NCBI GenBank assembly: GCA_964036045.1
Contig: OZ038378.1
Span: 125,922,001 to 125,986,000, forward strand
Reading direction: 5' to 3'
DNA length: 64,000 nt
From: Eutreptiella sp. 'Long Island Sound 2002'
Taxonomy: Eukaryota; Protista; Euglenida
The notes under the pieces were generated by a model. It saw nothing but the letters and a program-made list of their open reading frames with translations. It was not told the origin of the DNA and did no database searches. Positions 39,501-52,193 of the stretch are shown piece by piece (position 1 is the first letter of the stretch; the number at the start of each line of letters is the position of its first letter). Both the position numbers and the translations under genes were made by a program.

Positions 39501-42500
39501 GGGTAAAATAATTCACGGAGGGGGGTAAACAATTCACGGAGGGGTGAAACAATTCACGGAGGGGGATAAATAATTCACGGAGGGGTCAAATAATTCACGG
39601 AGGGGGGTAAATAATTCACGGAGGGGTGAAATAATTCACGGAGGGGGGTAAATAATTCACGGAGGGGTAAAATAATTCACGGAGGGGGGTAAACAATTCA
39701 CGGAGGGGTGAAATAATTCACGGAGGGGGATAAATAATTCACGGAGGGGTGAAATAATTCACGGAGGGGGGTAAAAAGTTCACGGAGGGGTCGAAAAATT
39801 CACGGAGGGGGGTAAATAATTCACGGAGGGGTAAAATAATTCACGGAGGGGGGTAAAAAATTCACGGAGGGGTAAAAAAATTCACGGAGGGGGGTAAACA
39901 ATTCACGGAGGGGTGAAATAATTCACGGAGGGGGGTAAATAATTCACGGAGGGGTCAAATAATTCACGGAGGGGGGTAAACAATTCACGGAGGGGGGTAT
40001 ATAATTCACGGAGGGGGGTAAAAAATTCACGGAGAGGTAAAATACTTCACGGAGGGGGGTAAACAATTCACGGAGGGGTGAAATAATTCACAGAGGGGGA
40101 TAAATAAATCACGGAGGGGTGAAATAATTCACGGAGGGGGGTAAACAATTCACGGAGGGGTGAAATAATTCACGGAGGGGGGTAAACAATTCACGGAGGG
40201 GTAAAATAATACACGGAGGGGGGTAAATAATTCACGGAGGGGTGAAATAATTCACGGAGGGGGATAAATAATTCACGGAGGGGTGAAATAATTCACGGAG
40301 GGGGGTAAATAATTCACGGAGGGGGGTAAACAATTCACGGAGGGGTCAAATAATTCACGGAGGGGGGTAAACAATTCACGGAGGGGTCAAATAATTCACG
40401 GAGGGGGGTAAATAATTCACGGAGGGGTAAAATAATTCACGGAGGGGGGTAAATAATTCACGGAGGGGTAAAATAATTCACGGAGGGGGGTAAACAATTC
40501 ACGGAGGGGTGAAATAATTCACGGAGGGGGATAAATAATTCACGGAGGGGTGAAATAATTCATGAAGGGGGGTAAGTAATTCACGGAGGGGTAAAAGAAT
40601 TCACGGAGGGGGGTAAATAATTCACGGAGGGGTAAAATAATTCACGGAGGGGGGTAAATAATTCACGGAGGGGTAAAATAATTCACGGAGGGGGGTAAAT
40701 AATTCACGGAGGGGTGAAATAATTCACGGAGGGGGGTAAATAATTCACGGAGGGGTGAAATAATTCACGGAGGGGGGTAAATAATTCGCGGAGGGGTGAA
40801 ATAATTCACGGAGGGGGGTAAATAATTCACGGAGGGGTAAAATAATTCACGGAGGGGGGTAAATAATTCACGGAGGGGTAAAATAATTCACGGAGGGGGG
40901 TAAATAATTCACGGAGGGGTAAAATAATTCACGGAGGGGGGTAAACAATTCACGGAGGGGTGAAATAATTCACGGAGGGGGGTAAACAATTCACGGAGGG
41001 GTCAAATAATTCACGGAGGGGGGTAAACAATTCACGGAGGGGTGAAATAATTCACGGAGGGGGGTAAATAATTCACGGAGGGGTCAAATAATTCACGGAG
41101 GGGGGTAAACAATTCACGGAGGGGTGAAATAATTCACGGAGGGGGGTAAATAATTCACGGAGGGGTGAAATAATTCATGAAGGGGGGTAAATAATTCACG
41201 GAGAGGTAAAATAATTCACGGAGGGGTGAAATAATTCACGGAGGGGGATAAATAATTCACGGAGGGGTGAAATAATTCACGGAGGGGGGTAAATAATTCA
41301 CGGAGGGGGGTAAACAATTCACGGAGGGGTCAAATAATTCACGGAGGGGGGTAAACAATTTACGGAGGGGTCAAATAATTCACGGAGGGGGGTAAATAAT
41401 TCACGGAGGGGTAAAATAATTCACGGAGGGGGGTAAATAATTCACGGAGGGGTGAAATAATTCACGGAGGGGGGTAAACAATTCACGGAGGGGTGAAATA
41501 ATTAACGGAGGGGGATAAATAATTCACGGAGGGGTGAAATAATTCATGAAGGGGGGTAAATAATTCACGGAGAGGTAAAATAATTCACGGAGGGGGGTAA
41601 ATAATTCACGGAGGGGTAAAATAATTCACGGAGGGGGGTAAATAATTCACGGAGGGGTGAAATAATTCACGAAGGGGGGTAAATAATTCACGGAGGGGTA
41701 AAAGAATTCACGGAGGGGGGTAAATAATTCACGGAGGGGTAAAAGAATTCACGGAGGGGGGTAAATAATTCACGGAGGGGTAAAATAATTCACGGAGGGG
41801 GGTAAATAATTCACGGAGGGGTGAAATAATTCACGGAGGGGGACAAATAATTCACGGAGGGGTGAAATAATTCACGGAGGGGGGTAAATAATTCACGGAG
41901 GGGTGAAATAATTCACGGAGGGGGATAAATAATTCACGGAGGGGTGAAATAATTCACGGAGGGGGGTAAACAATTCACGGAGGGGTAAAATAATTCACGG
42001 AGGGGGGTAAACAATTCACGGAGGGGTGAAATAATTCACGGAGGGGGGTAAATAATTCACGGAGGGGTAAAATAATTCACGGAGGGGGGTAAACAATTCA
42101 CAGAGGGGTGAAATAATTCACGGAGGGGGGTAAAGAATTCACGGAGGGGTCAAATAATTCACGGAGGGGGGTAAATAATTCACGGAGGTGTCGAATAATT
42201 CACGGAGGGGGGTAAAAAATTCACGGAGGCGTGAAATAAGTCACGGAGGGGGGTAAATAATTCACGGAGGGGTCAAATAATTCACGGAGGGGGGTAAACA
42301 ATTCACGGAGGGGTCAAATAATTCACGGAGGGGGGTAAATAATTCACGGAGGGGTAAAATAATTCACGGAGGGGGGTAAATAATTCACGGAGGGGTGAAA
42401 TAATTCACGGAGGGGTGAAATAATTCACGGAGGGGGGTAAATAATTCACGGAGGGGTCAAAGAATTCACGGAGGGGGGTAAAGATTTCACGGAGGGGTAA

Positions 42501-42613
42501 AATAATTCACGGAGGGGGGTAAATAATTCACGGAGGGGTAAAATAATTCACGGAGGGGGGTAAACAATTCACGGAGGGGTGAAATAATTCACGGAGGGGG
42601 GTAAACAATTCAC
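33586..42613. repeat. 9.0-kb minisatellite of alternating 20/21-bp monomers (aattcacggaggggtgaaat / aattcacggaggggggtaaat), ~440 monomers
   Basis: Seen directly; very homogeneous, and no ORFs were called in it. Confidence 0.99.
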
Positions 42614-43202
42614 AGGGAGACAAGGAGACCTGAATTCTGTCATTTAGGAAAGCTCTAGTGTCTCAGCACAGTAGGTTGTCTCACTCCCCTCATCCTGGAG
42701 CAAGTGGAGGGAAAGGACAAACCAAACCCTGTTCAGGACACTACAATCTGAGAAAGACAGGTGACTTCTTCGAATGTCTAACCAAAATCATCACGGCAAT
42801 GTTGTTTGCAACTGCAACAGATGGATGCAAGAAACACAGCCTAGAAGCCTAACAGCTGGTGGCCATACAGTGTCGTGTTAGGCTACGCTGCCCAGCTGCC
42901 TCCATGAATGTGATGTCTCTGGCGGTGAGCATAATTTGACGTCTCGTGCCCCTCTCCGCCTTTGCTGTGCTGAACTACATCGCCTACCACACACCCACGG
43001 CAGGAAAAGAGGAAAAATTTGAAATTTCGGAAGCTTGGGTCTCAGAATCAGGAGTTTCGCTGCAGACCTTATTCAAGCTGTACGAGCTTTCTGCTGGAGT
43101 TTGGGGTGGTGCGCACGATTGAAAGGTGCGCACATTCGACCCCTTGGCCATTTTTGTGCGTAGTACTCACAACCACAACACAAATAGACAGAATCAAAAT
43201 CA
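42614..43202. mobile_element. 589-bp insertion into the minisatellite, retroposon-like
   Basis: Flanked by ggtaaacaattcac at 42600-42613 and 43203-43216; A/C-rich right end. Confidence 0.6.
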
Positions 43203-43216
43203 GGTAAACAATTCAC

Positions 43217-43889
43217 CTGTGCAGAACACGCGGAGTGCATGGGCTGGGGAAAGGGGGGAAACTCAAGCCCGGGGTCAATTCAGGGGGTCTCGGTTTCAGT
43301 GCAGTGAGTGTAGTGCAGTGTGGTGCGGTACAGTGCAGGGGCTATTCCTAACTAAAGCACCAGGGCAAATCACAGAAAATTGTATTGTCTGCAACATCCC
43401 TAACCTGTTAAAGTCCTTAAAAATGTGTGGAAGCCGAAGCCAGGAGGGGTTGGTCCATGTGGACCGCCCAGGCGGGGAGGGTGGAGAGGAACTTACAGTT
43501 TTTTTTTTTTACATCCCACCCTGCTCTCTCTGACCCCTTGGGTGCCCGGGCGTCCTCTCCTCCCCCCCCCTGTAGGGCAGTGAAGGCAAGCCTGCCTGCC
43601 CAGGCACCCCGCCATCAGACAGCACCGTTTAACAGGCAAGAAAGTGTTCTCCAAAAATGAAAAAAAAAATTTCCGAAAGCGGTGCTGTCAGTGGCCCCCT
43701 TGTGTTTAACTGACTTTTGTTTGTGCTGGTTGTTTAACAGAGTGTCGGGGAAGGGGTCGAGAGCAGAGGGGAGGGGTTTAAGGGGTATAGCTGCCCAGCC
43801 GATGAGTCCCCCCTTGCAGGGGGACCCAGAGCAAACATACACACACCCACGCATGCCCACACATACACACATACACACGCATTAAAAAC
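43217..43889. mobile_element. 673-bp insertion into the minisatellite, retroposon-like
   Basis: Flanked by aacaattcac at 43207-43216 and 43890-43899. The first ~60 bp resemble the LINE 3' region (cacctgtgcag.. at ~22000 and ~45160); CA-rich tail. Confidence 0.6.
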
Positions 43890-43925
43890 AACAATTCACG
43901 GAGGTGTCAAATAATTCACGGAGGG
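43890..43925. repeat. Two residual minisatellite monomers
   Basis: aacaattcacggaggtgtcaaataattcacggagggg. Confidence 0.9.
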
Positions 43926-44693
43926 GAGACGCCCACGCGTAGCCCTTGCGGCCGCTGTCGGGGTGTCCCAGTGCCGTGGGTGGCTAGGGGGGGGGGTCGG
44001 TCCTAACCCCTTCCTATCTCTTAGCAGCAGCAGGCAAGTAAGCAGGCAGTACCGGGGGTCATAACCCCGGGGTAACGGTAGCCGGGACTCAACGTGAGTC
44101 CTCTTAACCAAAACAACCCCAAATTCCGCCGGGGCTTAACTCCCGAACGAAACGGTATTTGGGGCCCCCGTGTGCCTTATAAGCCCACGGAGTGTGCTGA
44201 GGCGTGGCTACCAGCACTTAAAGTCTGGACTGCCATACCCATTGCTGGGCTCGCCTCAGCACGGCCGGTCGAGTCCGGCTCTGGGGGGTGCGCACTAAAC
44301 TGGCCCCGGGGGGGGGCCATTTACCCGTTTAAGCATTAATTATAGCAGTAAGCACTATTTATTACGTTAGATGTTTACTCAGCGCAAGTTTTTAGCCCGC
44401 AGACATGCCCCTTCCAGTGGTGCGCTCACCTTTGGGGCTGCCGTTGGGGGGTCCGGGGCTTTTACCCGGACCTCCGGCCCTCCCTGGTTGTTGGCCGGAG
44501 GCGTACATTATACAATACTGAGGTTCATTCATTAACGTACTTACTTTACTGGATACATACACATCTGGGGCCTAGGGGGGATGGCGCCCCCCCTCGGTTC
44601 CAAACAGGGCACTTTGTCTCGCCGGGAGGGGATGGCGCCCCTCCACGGCCCAACACACGGAGCCGTTGTTGGCGCCACCTGTGATATGAACTC

Positions 44694-45017
44694 GGGGGGC
44701 CTCCCCTTATTTCAATTTCTTCCAATTTCTTCCAGCGTATTCCGACCGGCCGCCCCACGTGGGATTCCCGGCATGGGGGGCACGGGGGGTCCTCCCCTTA
44801 TTTCACATTTCTCATCTCCCAAAAAAGGGCCGCCAGGACTGGGGGACCGCCCCTTATTTCAACTGATATTGATTCAAACTCGCTCCAACCTGCATGGGCG
44901 GAGGGCCAAGAACAGGGGGGCCTCCCCTTATTTCAGTACGGTCCCACAAAAGACATAACTCCACCCCGCTTGGGCGGAGGCCCGGGACAGGGGGGCCTCC
45001 CCTTATTTCAGTACGGT
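44694..45017. repeat. Five copies of a ~20-bp motif (ggggg.cctccccttatttca) at 56-91 bp spacing
   Basis: Core at 44701, 44792, 44848, 44922 and 44997; the last two copies share additional flanking sequence. Confidence 0.78.
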
Positions 45018-45039
45018 CCCGGTTCACTCGCACCGTCCC

Positions 45040-45306
45040 CGCTACAGGCATCCGCTGCAGGAAACGGGCCAAGATCCCCACTGGTGCCCTCTCCTCGCTC
45101 CGGTGTCGGAGGGGCCACGAGGGGCGCCACGCCGCAGTCGGTCCCCAGCCCAGGATGCACCTGTGCAGGAACAGAGCGAGTACAAGGGGGCGGGTGGGTG
45201 ACAGCGTACAAGCCCTGGGGCGGGCTGGGCCACAGGGAGGCCTGGAGAACCCACGCAAACCGCCACCCCCCGGTGGAGCCCGCCCTGTCCTTCCAAGCAA
45301 GCAAGC
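45040..45306 (+). mobile_element. 5'-truncated LINE 3' end with (CAAG)3 tail
   Basis: Homologous to 21900-22100 (GWATGRPGEPTQTATP vs GWATGRPREPPQTATP); ends caagcaagcaagc at 45294-45306. Confidence 0.65.
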
Positions 45307-46049
45307 TTAAGGAACTCCGCCCGTTCTCTTATAGAACGTAGGGCGGAGCCCCTGGGTAACCTAAACAAGGGTTTACCAAGCGCACCGCGCGTGGCCTACC
45401 CTTTAATGCGTCATGTGCATGCACAGGAGCCACAATCTCAAGACTCTACCAGGGGGTGGCCCCTCCTGGGCTTACTCACCTTACCTACCGCTGCAAGCGA
45501 AAGGAGAGCAAACATGCACACATGCACGCATATTTTCCCCAACCCACCATTTTCCTCAAGTGAAGTTCGTGTGTCTCTGTGGGGGGGGGGGGCGGGGTAC
45601 TGCACTTTTATCCCCATTTTCCTGAAGTGAATTTCCCGTGTGTCTGGGGGGGGGGCTGCACTTTTATTATTCGAAACGGAGGGGGGGGGGGTTACTATAC
45701 CCAGGGTCCCTCACTTTCCCCCATGTTCCACATTTTCCTATTTTCCACTTGTTGCCACTAGGAGAAAAGCCTGATGGGGGGCCCACCAGCAAAACTGACC
45801 CTGTTGTTATTTACATACCTAGTTCATGCCTACAGTCATGGTCTGCAAAGGAAGCAAGGTGCAGAATTGGGCAAGAGAAAAAGGGGGGGGGGCAAGTCTG
45901 ATATGGGGGGCAAGGCACAAGTCTGATCTGGGGGGCGGGGGGGTAAAGGTCTATCATGGGGGGCTTGGGGGGTTGGGGGTTGGTGGGGATGGTCCATAAA
46001 AGTCTGAAGTCTGAAGTCTGATAGCCCATTGGGTTACTATACCCATAGC

Positions 46050-48000
46050 TGGTGCTCGCCCAAGCACAATGCGTGCAGGGATGTTTAGCAGGACTTGTTC
46101 TGTCAACGCTCCGAAGGAGACTGTGTTCCCTTCCGGTCGGTGCTCCCGCTTGTGTGCCATGGGTGCGGCATCACGGCTGTATTCGTACACCAATGTGCCT
46201 ACGTTCCACTGTGCGACCTTTGCAACCAGAGGGCTTGACAAGGGTGGCCCACACTGAGGTGGGCACTGCAGCACTCAGGCCAGCACCCTTGGGCGGGTGG
46301 TGGGCGATCCGTTGTGACGTACAAGAGGTGCAAGTGGATGGGGTGCGAAGTCTAGTTGTCAACAATGTTGTTTGGTGGGCGGCGCTGAATGGTGACTTTC
46401 GCATCCTGTGGATGTGGCATCGGAGGGGAGACCAATCGGAGTAGTGAGGGGATGGCCAACTAGCGGTGTGGTGCAACGCCAGCGGTGTGGCGCAACGCCT
46501 GCGCATCAGGAGTGCGGGAGTGGTGAAGTGCTCTTTGGGGGAGACGAGGGGGAACTGTGTATGCAGCGTTGTCCCAGCCTGTTTGTACGTTGATGGCGGG
46601 TGTGATGTAACGGCCATCGTGGTGTGCATGCCTACCCGATAGTGTGCAAACCCGGCCTTGCATGAACAGCTGAGACGGAGTGTAGCTACGCCCTTCTGCC
46701 CCACGTCGCCAAATACGACAGTGAGGTGTCATGGGTCGCCCCGACCACGGCAGTAAGGCCAAATCTTGTGTCGCGTATTCCCATGGCATCCGGGTCTATA
46801 GTGGCGGCTTGGTTACCGTGGCGGTGGGCGGTGCATCGTTCAAGCACTCCAGGGGGTTGGGTGAGATGACGGGTGGGACGAATGTGGGCTACCGGCACCG
46901 ACGATGTGTTGTTGGTCGCGGCCGTGGGAGCCTGGAAGCCCTGCGGAGGATGGCGCAGTGATATGTGCTTCCCATGGAGAGACGGGGTGGTATGGCTCCT
47001 AGGTCAGCGGGACGATGACGTCATTGGCACGGGATGCTCTTGTAGCGGATTGGAGGCATATGTGCGTCGTCCGAGGGAGCTTTCGAGTAATGTTATCGGA
47101 GTGTCACTTAACTCCACAATCAAATCAAGGAGGTATCCGGGCGGCCCACGGGCCCCACCTGAAACCTCGTAAAAGTATCCGGGTGTTCCCTTGCCCCACA
47201 CTCAAACTAGGTAGGTGAAGGGACCCCCACAGGCCCTGAGAGAAGATCTATGCGGGTATCGGGATGTCCCGCGACCCTAGGAATAACTCATGGAGGTATT
47301 GCGGTGGCCCTCTGGCCCCGGGAGCAACCCAGCGGGAGTATCGGGGCATCACTTGATCCCACAACACGACTAGAGGGACCTTGTATTGGGGCTTGTGCAT
47401 AGGCTAAAAATGTGACCTCTGAGCTCATACATTTTAGTACGGTTAAGGGCACAAGGGCGGTGGTGGTCGACATGCGTTTAGCGCGAATGTGGGGGTTGCG
47501 CACTTGTGGGTATGAAGGCATAGCATGGTGGCGGTCGATAACAGCCGTGGTGCAAGTGGCAGGTGGAGGGGACATGAGAAGGGGCTACCGATGGCTCGGC
47601 GGTGCGGGCGGTGGCAGTGAGTTATACACATCTGCACGAGTCACAGAGAGCCTATAGACAAGGATCAGCGGGTGGTAGCCGTGGTGGGTGCGTGGCGGGA
47701 TGCGGTGTATGGTGTTGTGTGTCGTGAAATGGCCTATTGTACACAATGCTGGTGGGAGAGGTGTGGGGGGTGAGGCAAAGGGCAATGCTGTAGAGGGGCA
47801 TGCCAGTTGTAGATGGCTGCCGAACCTGCGGCTTGGACACCATTGTGGTGGAGATGACCTAATTACGAGAGCTGGCCAATCACTGCAGGCAAGGATCAAG
47901 CGTAGGCGTTAGGGATTCACAATCGTGTACAGTGAGGGCTAATTAGCCTCACGGGCGTTATTGGGGACGATGGAGCTTGTCTATATATGGGGACCTGTGG
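46050..48000 (+). mobile_element. Possible heavily decayed LINE
   Basis: TRGLDKGGP (like RGLxQGxP), followed ~33 codons later by QVDGV (like xADD); CRTCG near 47815. Weak, by-eye matches. Confidence 0.3.
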
Positions 48001-48781
48001 GCGGTTTGGCAAGGTGCTGTGTGCATGATATAGTACAAAACGCTACGTGAGACTATCGTGGTCGAATGATTGTTATGCAAAAGGGCAATGTTTACAAGTG
48101 AAAGTGGGTGTTTCCAAAAATTGTGCCCCTAGAATGATCAAACATACCATTAGCGTGCTAGCCAAAAACACGGGGGTGACTACATGGCAAGATGTGACCC
48201 CATGGGGTGGTGAAAGATTTCAAGGGTTGTAAAGGGAGGGGGGTCCCCCAGACCGGCCCCTCAAAGCATGGGGGGGGGGGGCTTCATTGGCCCAAACCTA
48301 GCAAGTGGGTGGGTCGGCGTGTCGGTTGCCAGGGTGCACTTCGCCTTGCGGAGGGGAGCGTTCTCCGGGGACCCCAACATACATGCCTGAAAACAGTCCG
48401 CATGACCTGCTAATAATTTTGAACATACATCCGTAGGGTAAAACAGTTTTTTTGTAAAAATGCCCATCAACACAAGCTCCCATCAACCAAGGTCCGACCC
48501 AGATTGGTTGGCTGGCTTGAATTGTTTCCACCCATTTTTGAATTCTCCATAAAAATCTGAGGACTTGGAGTGTAAACAAAGGTGGTAAAAACTGAAATTC
48601 ATCCCGTGCCACAAGCTTAAAACAAACTCTCCACTGCCCACAAATTGAATGACCCGTATAACCATTTTCTGGTCTCTAGAGCCCCCCCCTCCCCACTCTC
48701 TTGTGGTTGTATCATGGGCAGCAGCAACCACCATTGCCAAAGCCCATTGCCTCATCATCGTTGCCTTCATTAGAACCACCG

Positions 48782-48804
48782 GTGTGTGTGTGTGTGTGTG
48801 TGTG
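48782..48804. repeat. (GT)n microsatellite
   Basis: Seen directly. Confidence 0.9.
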
Positions 48805-49711
48805 CACATATTTGTGGGGTTGCGTGCAAACAGGAACATGTGTGTGTCCTTGTGCAGTGCGTTCATGCCCCCACCCCTATCCTTACCATGCGCCACTGAG
48901 AAATAACAACAAATGTCCACAGATCTATCGTTGCGGTCTATCGTTGCGGAAGGAGTCCCTCAGTACGATGCAGCAAATTAGGCATGAAGTGACCATACTA
49001 GATGTAGCATACAAAAAAGACAAATCTTGGGCCCTAAACATCACAGCACTTGTAGCTAGAACATGCGATAGGGTTGCAACTTACTCAGACCCCCTCCTTG
49101 TACTGGCCCAAATGCACCCTATTATTACCCCCCAACCCACTGCAAGAAAAGCAATATTTGACGGCACCAAACCGTCCTGGAAACGCAATATTTGACAACA
49201 CCAAACCGTCCTAGCAACCCCTTCAAGCCACCTTCTGACTCCAAATGAGGCCAGGACCACAAGGGGTGCTACTGTGTAGGATGTGAAACCAACGGGTGTG
49301 GGCACATTTGGGAGGTCATAGAAAGGGGTCCCCATCGCTCCGGATTTGGGAGAGGGGGGGGGGGCGGACATTGGTGACCTAACCGAACCCCTCCTGCTTC
49401 CGGCAATAACCAAAACATCTGGGGATTTGTGACGCTTGGTTGCCACAGCCTAGGCAAAAACATCCCCCATGGACTATGTTGCCGGTTGTTACGTGGTGAG
49501 GCCTACACACTTCGAACCAAATCAAGGCTGGGACCGCAATGGTGTGTGATGGAACATCAGATAACCTAGTAAACAGGTACGAATAAAAGCGCATGATGAG
49601 GGACACCGAGAACGATTTAGGCCACTACCCCCACTGTAACCCCCGTGGAAACCTTCCCGGCTCACTAACTTGAGAGACATGTTACCCAACACTGCCACCG
49701 GCATCCATGTA

Positions 49712-50419
49712 CCCTTCGTGAACGGCCGTTAAGTGGCCGTTTGAATAAGTGCGTGAATTTCACGTGAATTTACCCAAATATTGAGGTTTTTGGGGGAAAA
49801 TGCCATATTCTTGGTTCATTTCGAGGGCTTTGAGGGGCCAAAATTCCTCCCCCAGCTTTGTTACGGATCATCCAATGAAAGTCCCGCCCCAAAAGCATCC
49901 ATCATGTCCGAACCGTGCCCCCAACACGAGATGTGCCGAAACCCGGCAAGCCTGTAGCCGATTCACAGCCGTGAATTCACGTGAATTTGTATGAAATTCG
50001 CACGAATTTCGTGCGGATTTCATACGAGTTTCACGTGACTTTACACAAATGTTACCGGTGTGCACCCCCTGATTTGTCCTCACACCCCTAGTAGGCGCCC
50101 CAGCATGCACCCCGGTCACAAGCAACAATGGTCTGGGTTTGTATGGTGATCTCATGTCCGTCTCTTGCGGCACCGGAACCGCCGCTGTAGAGTCTGAAGG
50201 TGCTGCATGTCATTCACATTCACGTGAATCTCACCAAATGTGTTGAACCATGCGGCTACTTCAAAACTGTAAATTGCACACATTTGTTGGATCTTACTTT
50301 GGGCGAAGATAGCACGACAAAAGCACACGATAGCACCAAGTGACGAGCAAAACACAGCAAAATTGGGTGAAATTCACGGTACCGTGAATCTCGGATTCAA
50401 ACGGCCGGTTCACGAAGGG
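49712..50419. mobile_element. 708-bp MITE / non-autonomous DNA transposon
   Basis: 12-bp perfect TIR cccttcgtgaac / gttcacgaaggg, extended by ggccgtttgaat; TA on both sides (49710-11 and 50420-21); no coding capacity; internal aattcacgtgaatt palindromes. Confidence 0.82.
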
Positions 50420-52193
50420 TACATCCCCCCCCCTGTAAACCCCCTGCCGTTATGACCCTTCCCCAAACCCTTCCACTTCGCTCGCTCTAGAAACATGCCC
50501 GCCGCCCCCTTCGCCTTGGGCCCCCTTGTGCTGCACTATCAATCTCAAAATTGCCCACCTCAAGGGTTCATGGGAACTTCCGTGGGCTAATATGGGTCAA
50601 AGATGGCTCAAAATAGCCTTTGGCCATTTGTTTGAGCACCCCAAGAACAATTCTAGGAACCACTCTAGAAAAAAATCCTCCTTGACCTCTTTTTGCACCC
50701 ACGGGTGAGCCTTGTAACCCTACCCTACCACGTGCGCCGCACATGCTGGCGCTGCCAATAGGGGATGAAAGGGTGTTGGTAGCGTGGGAACCACTTGCAA
50801 ATGACCCCCGGCATCATTGAATATCCCAACAATATTCACGGCAGTCAAACATAGAAAGCAAAGGTGGAATCTGAAAAAGCATGCAAAAAAAGTGCATTTC
50901 AAGTATTTTGCCCCCCCCCCAAAAAAAGGTTATTTAGCCCACTACTTGAGGGTAAACCCCATTCGACTGTGATCAAAGGCGTTTGTTCATCACCTAGGTT
51001 GGTTCTAATGGAAACTGCCCCCTCGAAAGACATGCTAGGCATCCAAACTGCTGAAAAGGAGGCTTTTTTTTGTCTATTTTTGACATATTTTGAAACCTAC
51101 ATCTGCCCCGTTCCCAACCGCCAGCGTTGAGTTGCTTGATCACATTTTGTGTGATCGTACTCCACACCCATAACTATCACCCACCAAAATTGTGGCTGAA
51201 TCCCAAGCACCACGACAAAATTCTGATTTTGGGCCATTCCGCACGTGCTTGCTGCTACATGCTGCGTGCTGCTTGCCAAACGTCGTAGGTCCACCCTAGA
51301 CACTAAAGAGGGTTATAAAACCCAGATGGTTAACACCGTCTCAGTGACCATAACCATAACCCCTGCTGTTTCATGGGCCCATCTTTGGGCAAAGTTGCTG
51401 CATAGCCCCCGCCGTCTCAATATCCCCAAAATAGGAAAAGAAATCGGAAGTGGCTGCATAGAAGTGGGCTGCGGGAAACCACATGTGGGCTCCAAAGCGG
51501 GGAATGATCAATATGGCCCCACAACCTAAAGCCAAGGGGTCCACATCCTGGTGAAAAACAGATATGGCCCTGGAAGCCAAAGGGTCGCCTTGGGGGGGTT
51601 CAGGGATGATCAATGAAAAACCAACGAGCCCACAGCCCTTTGGAGTTCACATACAATATACTGCCCAATAACTTTGGGGGGTCCACTCCATTCATGTTGG
51701 GTCCCGCACAGCAGCCCCCCTCGCCTGTGCCCAGGACTGCACCGCCCCCCGCTCCCAGGCCACATGCATCCCTGCCCCAGCCTGCAACCCCAGAGACAGA
51801 GACACTGCCATTAAACAGTGGGATCTTGTGCTCAAAGACAGTTTCCACGCGCATGTGCCCGTGCTTTGTCTGTTTGTACCCAAATTCACTGAGCCCTAAA
51901 ACAGGGGGAAAAGGCTGCACTTTCCCTGTGCAGTTTGCATACACCGTCACCTGCCGTCGTCCACTGCCAAACCCCCACACAGTGTAAGTGAATTGCACAG
52001 CGATATTGCATAAAAGCCTCCCAGACAACTGCCTGCTGCTGTTGTGTAACTGCCCATGACCAAGCATCAACCGCAGAATGCCATCAGTCAACCACCAACT
52101 GCCAGGCGCTATCTGTGAACCACCAATTGCCACCACCAACCATGCACCACTAACCATGAGGATAATTGCTCTGCTTAACATCCCCCAGTCCCC

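Noticed and set aside
33586-42613. Telomeric repeat tract
   Set aside because: The unit is a 20/21-bp alternating dimer, internal to the window with complex DNA on both sides, and matches no telomere motif I recognise.
44694-45017. CRISPR array
   Set aside because: The repeats are degenerate, spacing varies from 56 to 91 bp, the last two spacers are similar to each other, there are no cas genes, and the context is eukaryotic.
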